From assembly GCA_037447605.1 (NCBI GenBank), contig CM074812.1:1612001-1676000 (forward strand): DNA of 64,000 nt, read 5' to 3'. Numbering within the stretch: the first letter of the stretch is position 1; every line of letters starts with the position of its first letter. The notes below the pieces were generated by a model, which was not told the origin of the DNA, did not search any database, and saw only the letters and a list, made by a program, of their open reading frames with translations. Source of the stretch: Zygnema circumcarinatum SAG 698-1b. Its lineage: Eukaryota; Plantae; Zygnematophyceae. Made by a program: the position numbers and the translations under genes. Positions 24,701 through 38,289 of the stretch are shown here, piece after piece.

Positions 24701-27700
24701 AGAGATCTCAGCCTGCTCGAAGGGCCCTCTATGGCGGCTATGTGAGTTGGGGAGACTATGAAGAAGCTATGGAATGATCATTCAATCAATAAGTAATATG
24801 AAAATAATCAAAAAGAAAAGAAGAAAACGAGAAAAGAGTAATTTTGGACCTTACAAGCCTTAAAGAAACGAAGGGGGGGGGGGGGAATAAATAATCAAAT
24901 AATTTCGAAGTTAACCCTCAGTTAACCCAAATTTTGAAAACCCTAATCTTGTGAAGGTCGACTTTTTTTCGACCAAAAAAACTCAGTTTGCTGAACCTGT
25001 TAGTTTTCCACCTACACCCTCTTTCTTTCTTTCTTTTTTTATTTATTTATTAATATTTTCTTAAATGGAAAAAAATTCAGGTACGAGTCCGGGAGTCTCC
25101 TTGCCTCCGACGACGGGTCGATTTCCCTCCTCGCCGGATCCACTGTGGGAGGTGGATCCGCGATCAACTGGTCTGCCTCTTTCCGTACTCCTCCGCACGT
25201 GCGAAAGGAGTGGACTCAAAAGTACAAACTCGAGGTAAAGGCATTCAGGGTTGAGATCTGTATCTAAGTTTTTGGATTTTTGGGTTAAAGATTTTTAAAG
25301 ATTTTTTTAGATTTTTTTGCAGGTTTTGTTTCAGAACCCTTTAGGTTCTTTTGAAGGATTTTTCAGCAGGGGCAGATTTTGAGGATATTTTTTAATGCTC
25401 TTTTAGGGCTCGTTTTTAACATTTTTCTTACGGATTATTAAGGTGTCTGTTTTGGATTTTTAGTTTATTTAGGGCTAAGGTTCTCTTGTAACCTTTTTCT
25501 TTTTTAATATTCAGAGGATTTCAGGCCTTCAGTGGGGTTTCGAAAGTTTGCAAGTATAGATATAAATTTAATGGTTAGGTGGAGAGGGGATTATGGTTCG
25601 TTGGTGTAGTTGGTTATCACGTCAGTCTAACACACTGAAGGTCGCCGGATCGAGCCCGGCACGAATCACTTTATTTTCTACTTTTCCCGGTCTTCCTTTT
25701 TTTTTCTATGATATTTTAGGATTGCCTTTTAAGCGTCTACTCGGTGGAGTTTTTTTTTTTTTTTTTCTCCTCTCATGCAAGTGTAGTGCAATCTCCTGAA
25801 CGGAGCGGTACATGGAAGGGGCTGTTCTATGCAGAAATTTAGTTCTACGGAATTTGACGAAGCCCTGGATGCTGTTTGTGCCCGACTGGGGGTACATGTC
25901 AACGGAACGGAGCACAGTTTTACAAATTCCGTTCTACTGAAGGGCTGCAAAGAACTGAACTATCCTGTTATTGATATCCCTCGAAATGCCCCCGGAGCAC
26001 ATTACTGTGAGATTTATACGTTTTTTCTCTAAACTTAATCCAATTAATTTAATTTAGTTTCTTACTAGTTGATTCCTTGACGTAGTTTCGCTTTCGGCTC
26101 GAATGCAGGATTCTTTGTTTTTTTTTTTTTTTCATTTAAAGAAAAAAGTTGATTTTTTCTTTTGCAGGCCATTGGTGTGGTTTTGGGTGCTGGAAAAGAG
26201 AAAAAAAATCGACTCCCGAAACGTGGTTGGCAGATGCGGCAAAAGCCGGAGCCAAAATTTTGAGTGGGGGCAGAGTTGAAAGGATTCTGTATAAGCCGAA
26301 GGAAAGGAACGGGCAGCAGGAAAAAGAATTAAAAAAAAGAAATTTAAAGGCCTGCGGAGTTGTCGTAAAAATCGGAGAGGGAGAGAGACTTGTGATAGAG
26401 GCAGCCATTGTGGTAGTGGCGGGAGGAAGGTAAGGGCACAAAGTAGTGATATCTAATATATTATAGGGAAGTGAAGTTATGCATTGAGAGAGGGGGGGGG
26501 TTGGGAGAGGGGGATGGGTAGGGAGAGGTGGAGGGGGAGGGAGAGGGGGAGGGGTAGGGAGAGGGGGAGGGGTAGGGAGAGGGGGAGAGGAGAGAGGAGG
26601 GGGAGGGCGGAGAGACGGAGTGGGGAAGAGGGGAGACGAGGAAGTGGGGAAGGACGAGAGAGAGGGGGGAATGAGAAGGGGGAAGGGGAAAGGCAGAGAG
26701 GGGGAGGGGGGAAAGGAAGGGAGAGGGAAAGTGGCCGAAGGAGAGGGAGAGTGGGGGGTGGCGGGGAGGGGAGGGGGGAGGAAGCGGCGGAGAGGGGGAG
26801 AGGCGGAGGGTAAGGGGGAAAGGAAGGAGGAGTTGGAGGAGGAGGAGGGGGGAGGAGGGAGGGAGGGGAGAGTTGGAGGGAGGATGAGGAGGGAGAGCAG
26901 GATAACTTAGAAGGTGAAGACGGAGAGTGGAGAGGAGTGACCGAGAGAGAGAGGCGGAAAGCAGCAGAGGGAGAGGGAGAGAAAGGCCGCGAAGGCGGAG
27001 GTAGGACAGATAGGGAGGGAAAAGTTCAACATGCTCAACTGATAAAAACATCCTTCTTTTTGTTTATTCTTCTCCCCCTCTCCCTCTTGTACCCACCCCC
27101 CTCTCCCTCTCTCTCTCTCTCTCGCACTCTCTCTCTCTCTCTCCCTCCCTATTGTTGTGCAGTCTGCAGACTCCAGCCCTCCTCTTGAGAAGTTCCGTTC
27201 CGAACCGTAACATTGGGCGATCACTCAGGTCTCAATTTTTCTCCTTTTTCCCATTTTTTTTTTCACCATCAAGCATACGATTTGAACTCTAAGATCTGAA
27301 ACCCTAATCCTCCAAAAACTGTGAAACCCAACATGGAAAGCCTGAAGCTTCACCACCTAAAACCCAACATTTTCACCCTCCAACTCTAACTTTAATACCC
27401 TAAAACCTTACGTCCCAACATCCTTATTACCCCTAATTTGTAAATTTCTTTGAATGGGAGTCTGCATGCAGAGTCCATCCAGTGACGGCGGTTGCCGGAG
27501 TTTTTCCAAAGGGAGAAAATTTTAAGGGGCAGTCCTTTGAGGGAGGGATAATGACGGCATGCTGCACTGTGGCGGCGAATTGGGAGAGCAGCGGATATGG
27601 GACGCTCCTGCAGGTGGGAGAGGGAGAGGGGGAGGGGGAGGAGGGGAGGGGGGGGAGGGGAGGGGGAGGGGGGGGGGAGGGGGGGAGGGGGAGGGGGAGG

Positions 27701-29281
27701 GGGAGGGGGAGGGGGAGGGGGAGGGGGGGAGGGGGAGGGGGAGGGGGAGGGGGAGGGGGAGGGGGAGGGGGAGGGGGGGAGGGGGAGGGGGAGGGGGAGG
27801 GGGGAGGGAGGGGGAGGGGGAGGGGGAGGAGGGAGGGAGGGAGGGGAGGGGGAGGGAGGGGGAGGGGGAGGGGGAGGGGGAGGGGGAGGGGGAGGGGGAG
27901 GGGAGGGTGGGGGAGGGTGGGAGGGGGAGGGGGGATGGGGGGAGAGAGGGGGAGGTAGGGAGGTTGAGGTGAAGGGTGTGGGAGGAGGGGGAAGGGGAGG
28001 AGGCAGGTGGCAGTGGGAAAGGAGGAGATGGGGAGAGAGTGGAGAGGGGAAGAGGCTGAGTGAGTGCGAAGGGATGGAGGCAGGTTTCAGGCCGGAAGGA
28101 GAGTGGAAATGGCGGTAGAGAGGGGAAAAGGCAGAGAGAGAGAGAGAGAGGTGTGTGTGTGTGCTGGCTCAAACAAACCCAAAATCCTCGATCCTTATTG
28201 GTTTTCCTATCTCCATTTGCTGAAGAGTTTGGGTCGTATCTGGGGGAGGTGTATGCAGACTCCCACAATGTACCCGGGTCTGATGGCTGCCGCAAATGTA
28301 TGGAGAGGGGGTGCGGATTTCAAAAATTTTATGCAAAATCTTTCTCGGGTAGGTGTGATTATTTGCATTGCTCGCGATTCGGGCAGCGGTCACGTCACGA
28401 TCGATTCTCAGGGCGAGCCGGAGGTGCACTACCGATTGGGCAAATCCGACAGCGAAAATCTGCAGGTGAAATTTTTTAGGGATTATATGCCCAACTTTAA
28501 CTTTAGTACTCTTACTTTAACCCTAACCCTAACCCTAATCTTAACCCTAATCCTAACCTTATCCCTTAACTCTACCGCAGACAATTAGCTCTACCTTCTA
28601 CCCAGTCCTTATCTGAACCTTAACAACCTGAACTCTCAGCCTTATCCTAGCCCTTCACCCTAACCCTTACGCCAACCCTATCTCTAGCCTTGACCATTTT
28701 CCTATCCCTAACTCTTAACCCTAATCCTAATCCTACACCTCACCCCAACTGTAACCCTAACCCTAACCCTAACCCTAACCCTTACCCTAACCCTAACCCT
28801 AACCCTTACCCTAACCCTAACCCTTACCCTAACCCTAATCCCAACCCCCAACCTAACAATCTGTTGCCTGCCACTGTAACAGGTGGGCATGGAACACGGC
28901 CTCCGCCTCCTTCGAGCCGCCGGAGCAGAACAAGTCCAGACTTGCGACCCTCTTTTGGAGCCCTTCATGTGCCACACAACGACCGAAAAAGCCTTTGAAA
29001 ACTACTTGGGAAGTGTTCGCACTATGGGAATAGTCCCCAATAGGATGCCCATCTTTTCGGCCCATCAGACGGCGAGCTGCCCCATGGGGTTGGACCCCCA
29101 TACATCGGTCGTGGACATGCATGGAGAGAGCTGGGAGGTAGAGGGCCTCTTTTTGGGGGATGGGAGCGTGCTTCCCTCTCCCCCCGGAGTCAACCCAATG
29201 ATTACAATTCAAGCTGTGGCGTACTGTACAGGGAAGGGGCTGGCGAGAAGGTTCCGGGATGGGGGGGGGCGCGGGAGATAG
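19701..29281 (+). CDS. FAO: Long-chain fatty alcohol oxidase (FAO, GMC oxidoreductase family), multi-exon
   Basis: Exons 19701-19964, 20930-21160, 21516-21554, 22011-22289, 23045-23211, 23551-23704 (the last two repeated at 24575-24741 and 25081-25234), ~25834-26007, 26168-26429, ~27162-27228, ~27472-27614, 28259-28465, 28883-29281. Motifs: FAD-binding [67 protein letters not shown] and VNPMITIQA. Confidence 0.92.
24065..24138 (+). tRNA. trnV-AAC: tRNA-Val (anticodon AAC), inside an FAO intron
   Basis: Folds as a cloverleaf: acceptor GGTTCGT/ACGAATC, anticodon stem TCAGT-CTAACAC-ACTGA, T-arm GCCGG-ATCGAGC-CCGGC, discriminator A, downstream T-runs. Confidence 0.93.
25595..25668 (+). tRNA. trnV-AAC: tRNA-Val (AAC), identical copy within the 1.52-kb duplicated block (probable assembly duplicate)
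   Basis: Identical to 24065-24138, with identical flanks. Confidence 0.7.
28515..28855 (+). repeat. (CCCTAA)n telomere-like interstitial array in the last FAO intron
   Basis: AACCCT/ACCCTT repeats, most regular at ~28750-28840. Confidence 0.85.
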
Positions 29282-30561
29282 GTTTAAAGAGAGTTTTAAG
29301 AGTGTAATTTTGAGTAAACTTTGAGTAAATTTTAGTGAATTTTGTAAGAAGAAATGATGTGCAAACTTTGGGTTTAGTTTTGGGGGTGGAGGTGGAGCGG
29401 GTTAAAGGTTTGGTTAACTTTTGACCAAGTCAGTTTGGTTTGTTTCCTTGATAGGGAACATGCGAGTACAAGACGTGGAACGAATTTTTGGATAGTATGA
29501 AATGTCGTTGTTTTGTAAAATTTCGACTTCTTTTGTAACTTTACTGCGCAGTTTCGCTTTTTTGAAATGTAGGCTGCAAAAGTCAGTCTGCGAATTTATT
29601 TGTGGACATCACAGATAAGTTCTGTTCCGTTCTATGATACAAAAGAGGGTTGGGATTTATTAACTGAGATAAATCATGATATGAGGATAAGTTTAGTCCT
29701 CTTTTCTGGAATTGAAAGCATCACACAATCATTCCACCTCGAATCTTTGCTAGTTGAAATTTTCTGCTCCCCCCATCTAGCTATTGGGATGCCGTCAATC
29801 CATCGAACTCTCGCGGCTTACAGTAAAAAACCGAGTGGGAATTTGCTACAAAAAAACTGAGTACCTTTGATTCTCTGAGCCCCCAGACCCTCTGAACCCC
29901 AAAATCCGCAAGACCAAAAAAAAGTGCATTCAGACAACTCTAAACGATAGATGCAAATTTTGAATTTCCACCTTACAGCTACAGTTACAAATGACATAGG
30001 AACAAAAAGGAAAAGCTATGAGCGGAACTTATGCATCAGTTACAGTTCCCGTTTGTTCATCATTTTCATTGGAAATGACCAGTCACACTGATCAATGTAC
30101 AATTTCCATATTTTCCAAATACTTTTCAGTAAACAGAATTCAGAAAAATCATTCTTTCAAAACACTACTCTTTACTTAGTTCGCTGCAATGGTCAGCCCT
30201 ACGACTAAACTGAAACATGGAAGCCCTTAAACATCATAGGGCTCCCAAACTTCACTCAAACCTTCTCCCCATCTCACCCCTCCCTCTCTCCCCCGCTCCC
30301 TCTCTCCTCTCTCCCTCTCTCCGCTCTCCCTCTCCCTCCCCCACTCTCCCTCTCTCAACGAACTGTTTCAATACCGTGAACCCTAACTGCACCGAACCCC
30401 AAATTTCCCCGATTTCAGAGCTCCCTACAACCCTAAATCCGTCAAATTCGGCCGATTTCAGCAACCGCTACCGATATCCCGCACATCCCACATAATAAAA
30501 TCCTCTCAACTTTCCAAATTCCGAATTTTCGAAACTCCCCATTTCTCTTTTCCCACACAAT

Positions 30562-31518
30562 TTACTTCTCCTGCACCTTCTTTCCGCGCAGCACATCGAT
30601 GGGGATGTTCCTCGCCTTCGAAACATCCTCCCACGTCTTCATGTTACTGACTGCGTCCAGCACAGCTCGCGCATTGTTCAATGGATTTCCGCTGCCCAGT
30701 TCCTTCCCCAGAGCGTTCTCCACTCCTGCAAGCTCCAAGACTGTCCGTACAGTCCCTCCTGCAATGACACCTGTCCCCACCGCTGCAGGTCGCAGCATCA
30801 CCTTCGCTGCGCCGAACCTTCCGTCGAATCTATGTGGAAATGTGAGGTATTTGGTTAACGGAACCTTGACCATGTGACGCCTTGCATCCACCCCAGCCTT
30901 CCGCACAGCCATGACCACCTCCTTGGCGGAGCCCACTCCCACTCCCACCTTCCCCTTCTTGTCTCCCACTATCACTACGCCTCGGAAGGAGAGCTGCTTC
31001 CCTCCCTTCACCACTTTCGTCACCCTCCTCACCTGAATCAGCCTCTCTTCCAAGTTATCCTTAGACATACGCCCGCCTCCCTCTCTGGGGCCTCTCCCTC
31101 CCTCTCCCTCTCCCTCTCCCTCTCCCTCTCCTCCCGCGCCTCTCCTGCTCCCTCTCCTCCTCCTCTTGGGCTTGTCGTCGTCTTCCTCTCCCCCATCCTC
31201 TCCCACAGATGCGCCCTTCTCCTCCTCCTCATCGAGCCCAGCAAAGGGCTTCCCATAGAGGCCTTCGTAGGCGGCGGCGATGTCGTCATCATCCTCCTCA
31301 TCATCATCGATGAGGGGAGAGAGAGCGGCGGAGGGGAAGGCGGAGAGAGAAGAGGGTTTAGGGTTCAGGAGGCGGCGGGAGGGAAGGAGGAGAGAGGAGC
31401 CATGGCTGAGGAAGGGCGAGGAGGAGGAGGAGGAGAGGCGGAGAGAGAGGGAGGGAGAGGAGAGGCGGAGGGTGGGAGGGAGAAGGGCGGAGGGAGAGGG
31501 GAGAGAGAGGGCAGCCAT
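30562..31518 (-). CDS. PRPS5: Plastid 30S ribosomal protein S5 (nuclear-encoded, intronless, with transit peptide)
   Basis: ATG at 31518 in context GCCGCCATGG. Ser/Pro-rich transit peptide followed by [75 protein letters not shown], the uS5 N- and C-terminal domain motifs. Confidence 0.96.
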   Translation of the reverse strand: MAALSLPSPSALLPPTLRLSSPSLSLRLSSSSSSPFLSHGSSLLLPSRRLLNPKPSSLSAFPSAALSPLIDDDEEDDDDIAAAYEGLYGKPFAGLDEEEEKGASVGEDGGEEDDDKPKRRRRGSRRGAGGEGEGEGEGEGGRGPREGGGRMSKDNLEERLIQVRRVTKVVKGGKQLSFRGVVIVGDKKGKVGVGVGSAKEVVMAVRKAGVDARRHMVKVPLTKYLTFPHRFDGRFGAAKVMLRPAAVGTGVIAGGTVRTVLELAGVENALGKELGSGNPLNNARAVLDAVSNMKTWEDVSKARNIPIDVLRGKKVQEK

Positions 31519-33851
31519 GGCGGCCGTGGGAGAGAGAGAGTGGGAGAGGGAGGGAGGGAAGAGGGAACATCTGTCAAAGGATGGGTAAAATTTAGGGTTT
31601 GAGAAAAACCGGGCAGAAAAAAACAATTGTTCTGCCCGAAGGTAAATGTTGAGAAAGGGCAGGGGAAAGGTTTCTGATTGGTAGGGTTTTTGGAAAAATT
31701 CGAAGCGGGCAGGAGCTGACCGGAGAATTTTGGGCAGATGAAAAAATGTGTAGAGGGGTGCAGATTGGTGGATGAGGCCGAGTCTCGCTGGAAATATTTT
31801 TTTCGGTCAGTCTTAAAGGCAACATAAAAACTACACATTTAGTTCGTGTCCAGAACTCGGTTTCTTCTAGCAGGAAAAAATTAGGGCAGGAAAAAAATAT
31901 TCACGAACAAGGGCAGCCCTAAAATTTTAAAATGCGCCAATCACAAGCGAGGGATGGGCCAAAATCTGGGCAAATAAACTCGGTTAGAAAAAAAAGTACA
32001 ACTCGAAAACTTTTCTCCTGTGTGACGTGGACCGTCATCGGACGCCCGTTTTTGGCTGAGAGCACTGTAAGGACGAATCCTTGGATTCGTACAATACTCC
32101 GTACGGTTCATGCAACAAGTGTGGCCGTACTCTTGTACTTTTCAAACGGTCATTTCAAATTTTGACCAGAACAGATTTTTTTTTCCCGGAAAATTCCAAG
32201 CTTTTTTATCGCGCACAGTTTCAGCCACGGGACGTTTCGGGACGTTTGAATGAAGCCTTACCATTCCAAAAAAACTCATGGTTTCTCGAATTTCAGGGGT
32301 CAATTATTTTTTTCCTGACCGTAATCCGCTTTCCAGTGAGCCACTTTTTTCCTTATCCTCATCTTATCTCAAATATTATGCCTGGCTTTTATGCCATCCG
32401 AAAACCCAGTTTTTGGTTTGCAGAGGCAGTTTTCCGCAGAAAACCATACAGCTCATTCGTAGAGAGCGTTGCTCTCCCGTTCAAACAAGCCCAACATGGG
32501 AGCGAAGTTGAAAGAGAGATACAGGGGGAGAGGGAGAGGGGACAGAGACAGAGGGAGGGGGAGGGAGAGAGAGAGGGGGGGAGAGGGAGAATAGAGGGAG
32601 AAAGAGGGGCAAAAGATGAAGGGAGAGGGAGAAGGGGGGAAGAGAGAGAGGAGAGGGCGAGAGGGAGAAAGACAGGTGCCGAGAGGGAGAGAAGGAGAGA
32701 GTGGAAAGGAGAGAGGCAGAATGAAGAGTGGGCGAGAGAGAGGGGCGGGGATCGAAAGAAGAGAGGCAGAGAGAGGAAGGGAAGGTGAAGCGAGAGAGGG
32801 GCGGGAAGAGAACGAAGAGAGCGGCGGAGAGAGGGAGAGAAGGGAGAAGAAAGAGCGAGACGGAAGCGGAGAGCGAGAGAGAGCTTCAACATTCACCCAC
32901 ATTCCCACCATCCTCTGCATACATAATAAAGCTTCTCCAATAAATACTCAAAAGATACTCAAACCTTGCTAGGATTACAAAACTATTTCAGACCTGCGCG
33001 ATGCCCTCACTCCCTTGCTCGCTCACTCTCACACTCTCTCTATTCACATCGCAAGCCTCCTCCACCGGCACATCAAGTTTCCCTTTTTTTTGGAACCCGC
33101 ACATGCCAGCGCTCTCCGCCTGCAAACTTCAACCCTAATCTCTGCCTCTCTGCTCTGAACATCTTCAGATTCGGGCTCATTGTAGGAATGTAAATGCAGG
33201 GGAGCTTTGATTTAAGATATCATCATCGAACAGCAAAAGGCTCTTTCTGGCGAGCTTGGATCTTGCCAGTTCGTTTGGATAAGCAAATATCTGCGAGAAA
33301 ACAAGCGATGATGTTAAAGTTGGAATAAGGATTGAAGTTAATTAGGCTGCTTCTATTATTATTACTAGTACAGACTGTTGGAGTCTAACTTTGTGTATAC
33401 TTTCACAGCAATGTTTAAAAAGACCAGCATTCCACCCTACATGATGATTCCAAGAATGTAAACAAAAAAACGATTAAGCGACTCTTTATGCACTTCAACA
33501 ACTGCAGGCAACTTTCAGCACAAACCAATAAAAGCCAAAAACAGATGTGATACTGCTAACCTTAAAAGCGAGCAAATAAATAGTTGTCACTTCCATTCAG
33601 ACTTCCATTCAAACTCTTGCAGCAGGCTATTTATAATCATATAAGCTATCAAACAGACCGACCCTAAAATGGACAAAAAATGGGACACTTCCACATTAAA
33701 CCGCACCAAAACATACCCTTAAAATCAATCTACTCACCCAACCATCCAGCAAGCCCTAAATCAACGTCAATACACCATTTTCCAACCCCAAAAAACCAGC
33801 ATTTTCCATTTCCCAACCATCTTTCTCACACCCTTCCATCTCTCCACATAC

Positions 33852-34298
33852 CTAAAAGTCGGGGAAGTATCCGTTGCTTCCGGCTGCAAGCACAAAGAAG
33901 CCAAGGGCGTGGCCGAGCGCTCCCCACGCCAGCACATCGACAATGGTGAACCCTGCAGGGTCGTTGGTCTTCAGCATCGAGCTGACCTCCACCGCCCTGC
34001 TGTCTCCCGCCTCAGCGTGGGTGACCCCGTTCTGGACGGGCAGGCCCTGCTTGGCGAGCTGCGCCCTCTGGAAGGGCAGGAAGGCGACGCGGCCGAGGAA
34101 GAGGAGGGCACCAGTGCTGACGCTGATCACCACAGAGGTAGGGAGGGCCTCGCAGACGGTGCGGGACTTAGACACGGCGAAGCGAGTCTTGGCATGGAAG
34201 GAGACGGAGGAGGAGGAGCAAGCCTTCCTGCTGAGAGGCTTGAGGCCGGCGAACTGGGCGGGGGCGGCGATGGCGGAGGAGGCGGCGACGGAGGCCAT
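33852..34298 (-). CDS. PSAG: Photosystem I subunit G (PSI-G), intronless
   Basis: Transit peptide, then [22 protein letters not shown]....QGLP.QNG.TH.EAGD.RA...[21 protein letters not shown], the characteristic PsaG sequence. Confidence 0.96.
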   Translation of the reverse strand: MASVAASSAIAAPAQFAGLKPLSRKACSSSSVSFHAKTRFAVSKSRTVCEALPTSVVISVSTGALLFLGRVAFLPFQRAQLAKQGLPVQNGVTHAEAGDSRAVEVSSMLKTNDPAGFTIVDVLAWGALGHALGFFVLAAGSNGYFPDF

Positions 34299-34420
34299 GG
34301 CTGCTTGTGCTTCTGGTGATGGTGGTGGTAGAGTGTGTAAGAGTGAGAGAGGGAGACAGAGGGAGGGCGGTGGGAGACGAAGGGGGAGGGAGGGGAAGAG
34401 GGAGTGCGGGGCGGGACGGG

Positions 34421-34448
34421 CCTTATCGCAGAGCTGTCGGCGGCCAAT
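34421..34448. promoter_or_regulatory. I-box (GATAAGG, minus strand) and CCAAT upstream of PsaG
   Basis: CCTTATC at 34421-34427 and CCAAT at 34444-34448, 120-150 bp upstream of a photosynthesis gene. Short motifs, so support is weak. Confidence 0.3.
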
Positions 34449-34557
34449 GGCGAGCGCTCGGGTCCGGAAGGGAATCCGCCGGGATGGGCCTGGTTAAAGG
34501 GAGGTACATAATACTAGATGTTAACAAATATAAAACCGAAACTTTCTAGGCACGCAA

Positions 34558-34631
34558 GGTTCGTTGGTGTAGTTGGTTATCACGTCAGTCTAACACACTG
34601 AAGGTCGCCGGATCGAGCCCGGCACGAATCA
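34558..34631 (+). tRNA. trnV-AAC: tRNA-Val (AAC) in the PsaG/nicotinamidase intergenic region
   Basis: The 74-nt sequence is identical to 24065-24138 but has unrelated flanks; a T-run terminator follows. Confidence 0.93.
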
Positions 34632-35136
34632 CTCATAATTTTACCTTTTTCTGTCCGTATGGTACCACCATACCGTACGTGGTTGTACTTTTCCGTACGT
34701 CAATACATGCTATCCGTACATAGGCCATGTGCATGGTATGGGATGGGATGGTCATGCATGGCCTCTCCTTTGGCACACTCCCCCTTTGAAGCAGGAGGGA
34801 GGCGCTTGGAAGGGATTGGAGGGGAGTGGGAATTAGGGTTAGAGTTTTGAGGGGAGCAGGTGGGAGGAGGAGAGAAGAGCTGACAGGATAGGGTAGGGGA
34901 GGGAGGGCAATAGAGGGAGGGTTACTTGCAGCGCGTGGGTGGATATGATATGCATTCCGAGTGGTGTCTGCAAAGCGCGTCTGCAGTAAAACGGAACTCC
35001 AACCCTAAGCTTTTGCGGTTACCGTCCCTTTTTAAGTAGTGCCTTGAAGGGGGGAGGGGAGAGGGAGGAGGAGGAGAGAAGGGGAGAGGGAGGAGGCGGA
35101 GGGGCAGGGAGAGGGAGAGGGAGAGATAGCGGCCCC

Positions 35137-37072
35137 ATGGCCACGTGTGGTGAGGGAGAGTTGCAGCGTCTGCTGGAGGAGCACATGCCGCTGAAAAAAG
35201 AGGTTCTGCGTTTGACACGTGGCAGCAAAGCAGGGCTCGTCATCATCGACGAAGTCAACGGTTTTTGCACAGTGGGAATGGGAAACCTGGTACAGCATTG
35301 TTGACTTTATTGCATTTTTCTTTTGTTTATTAATTTGCAACGTTTGTTCTGTTGTTTTTCCGTACTTCACTTTGATTTTCCATTGTTTCAGGGTGCCAAG
35401 CATGCATATTCTATAGACCGACAGATTGAAGAAGAGAGGGAGTGAGTGGCGAAAGGGGGTTCTCCTCCCTCTCCCACTCCTTCCAGTCCCTTCGCTCACC
35501 CTTCACCCTCTTCCTCTCTCCCTCTCGCTCTCTCTCCCATTCCCTCTTTTTCGCACTCTCTCCGCTCTCCCCTCTCTCCTCTCCCTCTCCCGCGTCCTCT
35601 CTCCCGCATCCCTCTTTCTCTCCCTCTGCCGCTCGTGTTTTGCTCATGTCCACCTCCTACAATACCGTCCAGACTCCCTAATCTTACACCATTTGTTTCA
35701 AACCTCTCCCTTTTTTTTCCCTCTGCAGGCTCCTCCGGTGCCCAACAGCCAAATATCAACAATGGTAGCAGAGACATTGGATCTTGCACAAAAGTTTAGC
35801 GCTAAAAAATGGCCAATTCTTGCAACTCTGGATACGCATGAAGCTGATAAACCAGAGCCCCCATATCCTCCACATTGCATTCGAGGCACCGGAGAGGAGC
35901 TTTTAGTCGATGGTGAGACTGAACCCTAACGGACCTCGTCTTTTGAAATTGCTTGTTGCTTATTTGTCTTACGGATGGTTAACTGGTGCTTTCTTCTTTT
36001 GTGAACGCTTTTTCTTTTGTTTTTTTAATCAGAACTGAAGTGGCTTGAGAGGGATGAAAGCGCCACATTGATGGAGAAGGATTGCATCAATGCATTTGTG
36101 GGCGGAATGACGAACGATGGTTCAAATGTCATTATCGATTGGGTACAGAAAAATGACCTCGAGTTGGTAAGACTCTTCAATGCCAACCCCTACATGTCCC
36201 TTTCTGCCTTCCTCTACCTCTCCTTTCGCGACTCTCTGCCTCTCCCTCTCCCTCCCTCTCTGCCTTTCTTTCTCCCTCTCCTCCTCTGGCCTCTGCTATC
36301 CCTGCCCTTTCCCACTCTCTCTTCTCTCCACCCCCTCCCTCCCCTTCTCTCCGTCACTTCACATCCCTCACTCTCCCTCTCTATCCCTCTCCCTTCCCTA
36401 TGGCCCATCTTTCTACTTAGGCCTATGTACATTTCTGGCGATTCATCTCCCTCTCTCTCTCTCACACTCTCTCTCCCTCCCTCCGTTCCCCTCCCCTGCC
36501 TTCCCTCCATCTCCTTCTTCCTTCTACCCATCCTGCTGGCTTCTTTTGTTACTGCTATTGTCATTCTTATCGGTGGTTTTTTTTTTCCTTTCCCTCCCCA
36601 GATCTTGACTGTTGGAATCTGCACCGACATCTGTGTGATGGATTTTGTTTTGACCGCTCTGTCTGCCCGAAACCACGGGCTGCTGGGCAGCACCTTAAAA
36701 ACAATTGCGGTCTATACAGCGGGATGTTCGACATACTCTCTCCCTCGGAGGGTGGCGGAGTCCCTTGGATTTGGGCCACAGTCCGCGCATCCTCAGGTAG
36801 ATATTTCTACCCTCTTATTTTGTAATATAAACCTAAAACATTTCCTTTTTCTTAACTATTTTTTTTTTTTTTTTTGACTTTGTCTGTACTAGAGTACTAT
36901 CTTTGGTATCCAGTTTTTCTTCCTCCCTGCTTCCCTCCCTCCTTCCCTTCCCCTTCCTTTTTTTTTTTTTTGTCTTCCCGTCCAGACTCCGACCCACCAT
37001 ATGGGTCTCTATTTCATGCATTCGCGAGGCGCGCTTTTGGTCGACTCCGTGACGATCGATGAAGAAGACTAA
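35137..37072 (+). CDS. NIC1: Nicotinamidase (isochorismatase-like hydrolase, plant NIC1 type)
   Basis: Exons 35137-35289, 35729-35912, 36033-36166, 36602-36796, 36986-37072 join in frame. Motifs GLVIIDEVNGFCTVG.GNL, LDTH....PEPPYPPHCI.GT.E, KDCINAF and VGICTDICV.DFV supply the Asp-Lys-Cys triad. Confidence 0.93.
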
Positions 37073-37155
37073 GTTCGGGCAACTTTGTAAAAGTTTAGGG
37101 CTAGCCCTTGACTAACTAACTAACTAAGTTCATAGCTGGACTGAACCTCTGCCAT

Positions 37156-37360
37156 TAGGGGGGGTCAGACTTAACACATGGCCAAATCAAAACTAGTAAG
37201 CCTGTCGGGCGAATTAAGCATTGGCTAGGTACGCATTTCGGTACGGCTGGGTCCAACGGAGCCGCGGATCTCAACTCGGAATACGTACACAAGACTTTGA
37301 CTTTTAGTATACTAAATTCGAGAATTTAGTACGCTCCGGGCTAAGTCTGACTCCGCCCTA
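37156..37360. mobile_element. Possible small MITE
   Basis: Imperfect ~20-bp terminal inverted repeats TAGGGGGGGTCAGACTTAAC and (reverse complement) TAGGGCGGAGTCAGACTTAG. Only a TA dinucleotide could serve as a TSD. Confidence 0.35.
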
Positions 37361-37578
37361 TTATGTGTCAACGTTTGCAGTTCATTTAGGTGTAGAGAGG
37401 GTTTAGGGTTCAAATGTACGGATTTGAGGTTTGTGGTTTTCGAGGAAGTTCGGGTTAGACAGTTTTAGGGTTTGTGGTTGTTTCTGCATGTACAGTTGCA
37501 GCCTGTATTGTACAATTGTGAATCTCAATTTGGTAGAACTGGAAAACTTTGGTTTCCAAAGTTTTGACAGTTTGGAAA

Positions 37579-38100
37579 GGAGAATGATACTGCATCCCCT
37601 ATTTTAGATATCCCACCCCCCCCCCCCCGTTTTTGAAAAAAATGCTCTCCCATTTTGGTTATCCCACCCCCCCTGTTTTGGATATTTCACCCCCTATTTT
37701 GGATATCCTACCCCTTGTTTTGGATAAGCAAACCAAGCAACCAAGCAACCAAGCCACAACTTAAGAACTTGCCTTAATTAGGGGGTCTACAATTTAACCT
37801 CAAAAAAAAAAGGAAAGCAAACAAAACAAAACAAATAAAGCAAATGATTGCCACTCATAAGTGACCTTCAAGGTTGCTTTTAGGGTTGCGTTTTCGCTCT
37901 TAGGCCTAGTTTAGTGTAGGGTTTTTTTAAGTTTTCTGCTCTTAGTTTTATTTTTTGTGCTTAGGATCCAAAACAGGGGGTAGGATAACCAACATGAAAG
38001 GGCAAAGTTTTCAAAAAGGGGTGGGATAACCAAAATGAGAGGGCAACGTTTTCAAAAAGGGGGTGGGATATCCAAAATAGGGGGTGCGGTATCATTCTCC
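37579..38100. mobile_element. Non-autonomous Mutator-like (MULE) element
   Basis: Imperfect ~90-bp TIRs starting GGAGAATGATAC(T/C)GCA.CCCCTATTTT.GATATCCCACCCC. Flanked by a 9-bp target duplication with one mismatch: GTTTGGAAA (37570-37578) and GTCTGGAAA (38101-38109). Confidence 0.8.
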
Positions 38101-38160
38101 GTCTGGAAACTGGTAAACTATCTCCCAGGATATTTTAACTGTTCAATACAACTGGGAAAT

Positions 38161-38289
<129 letters not shown>

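Noticed and set aside
22717-25766. Exact 1.52-kb tandem duplication with two FAO exons and tRNA-Val
   Set aside because: Identical copies that each start right after a 10-N gap; most likely an assembly artefact. Long reads would settle it.
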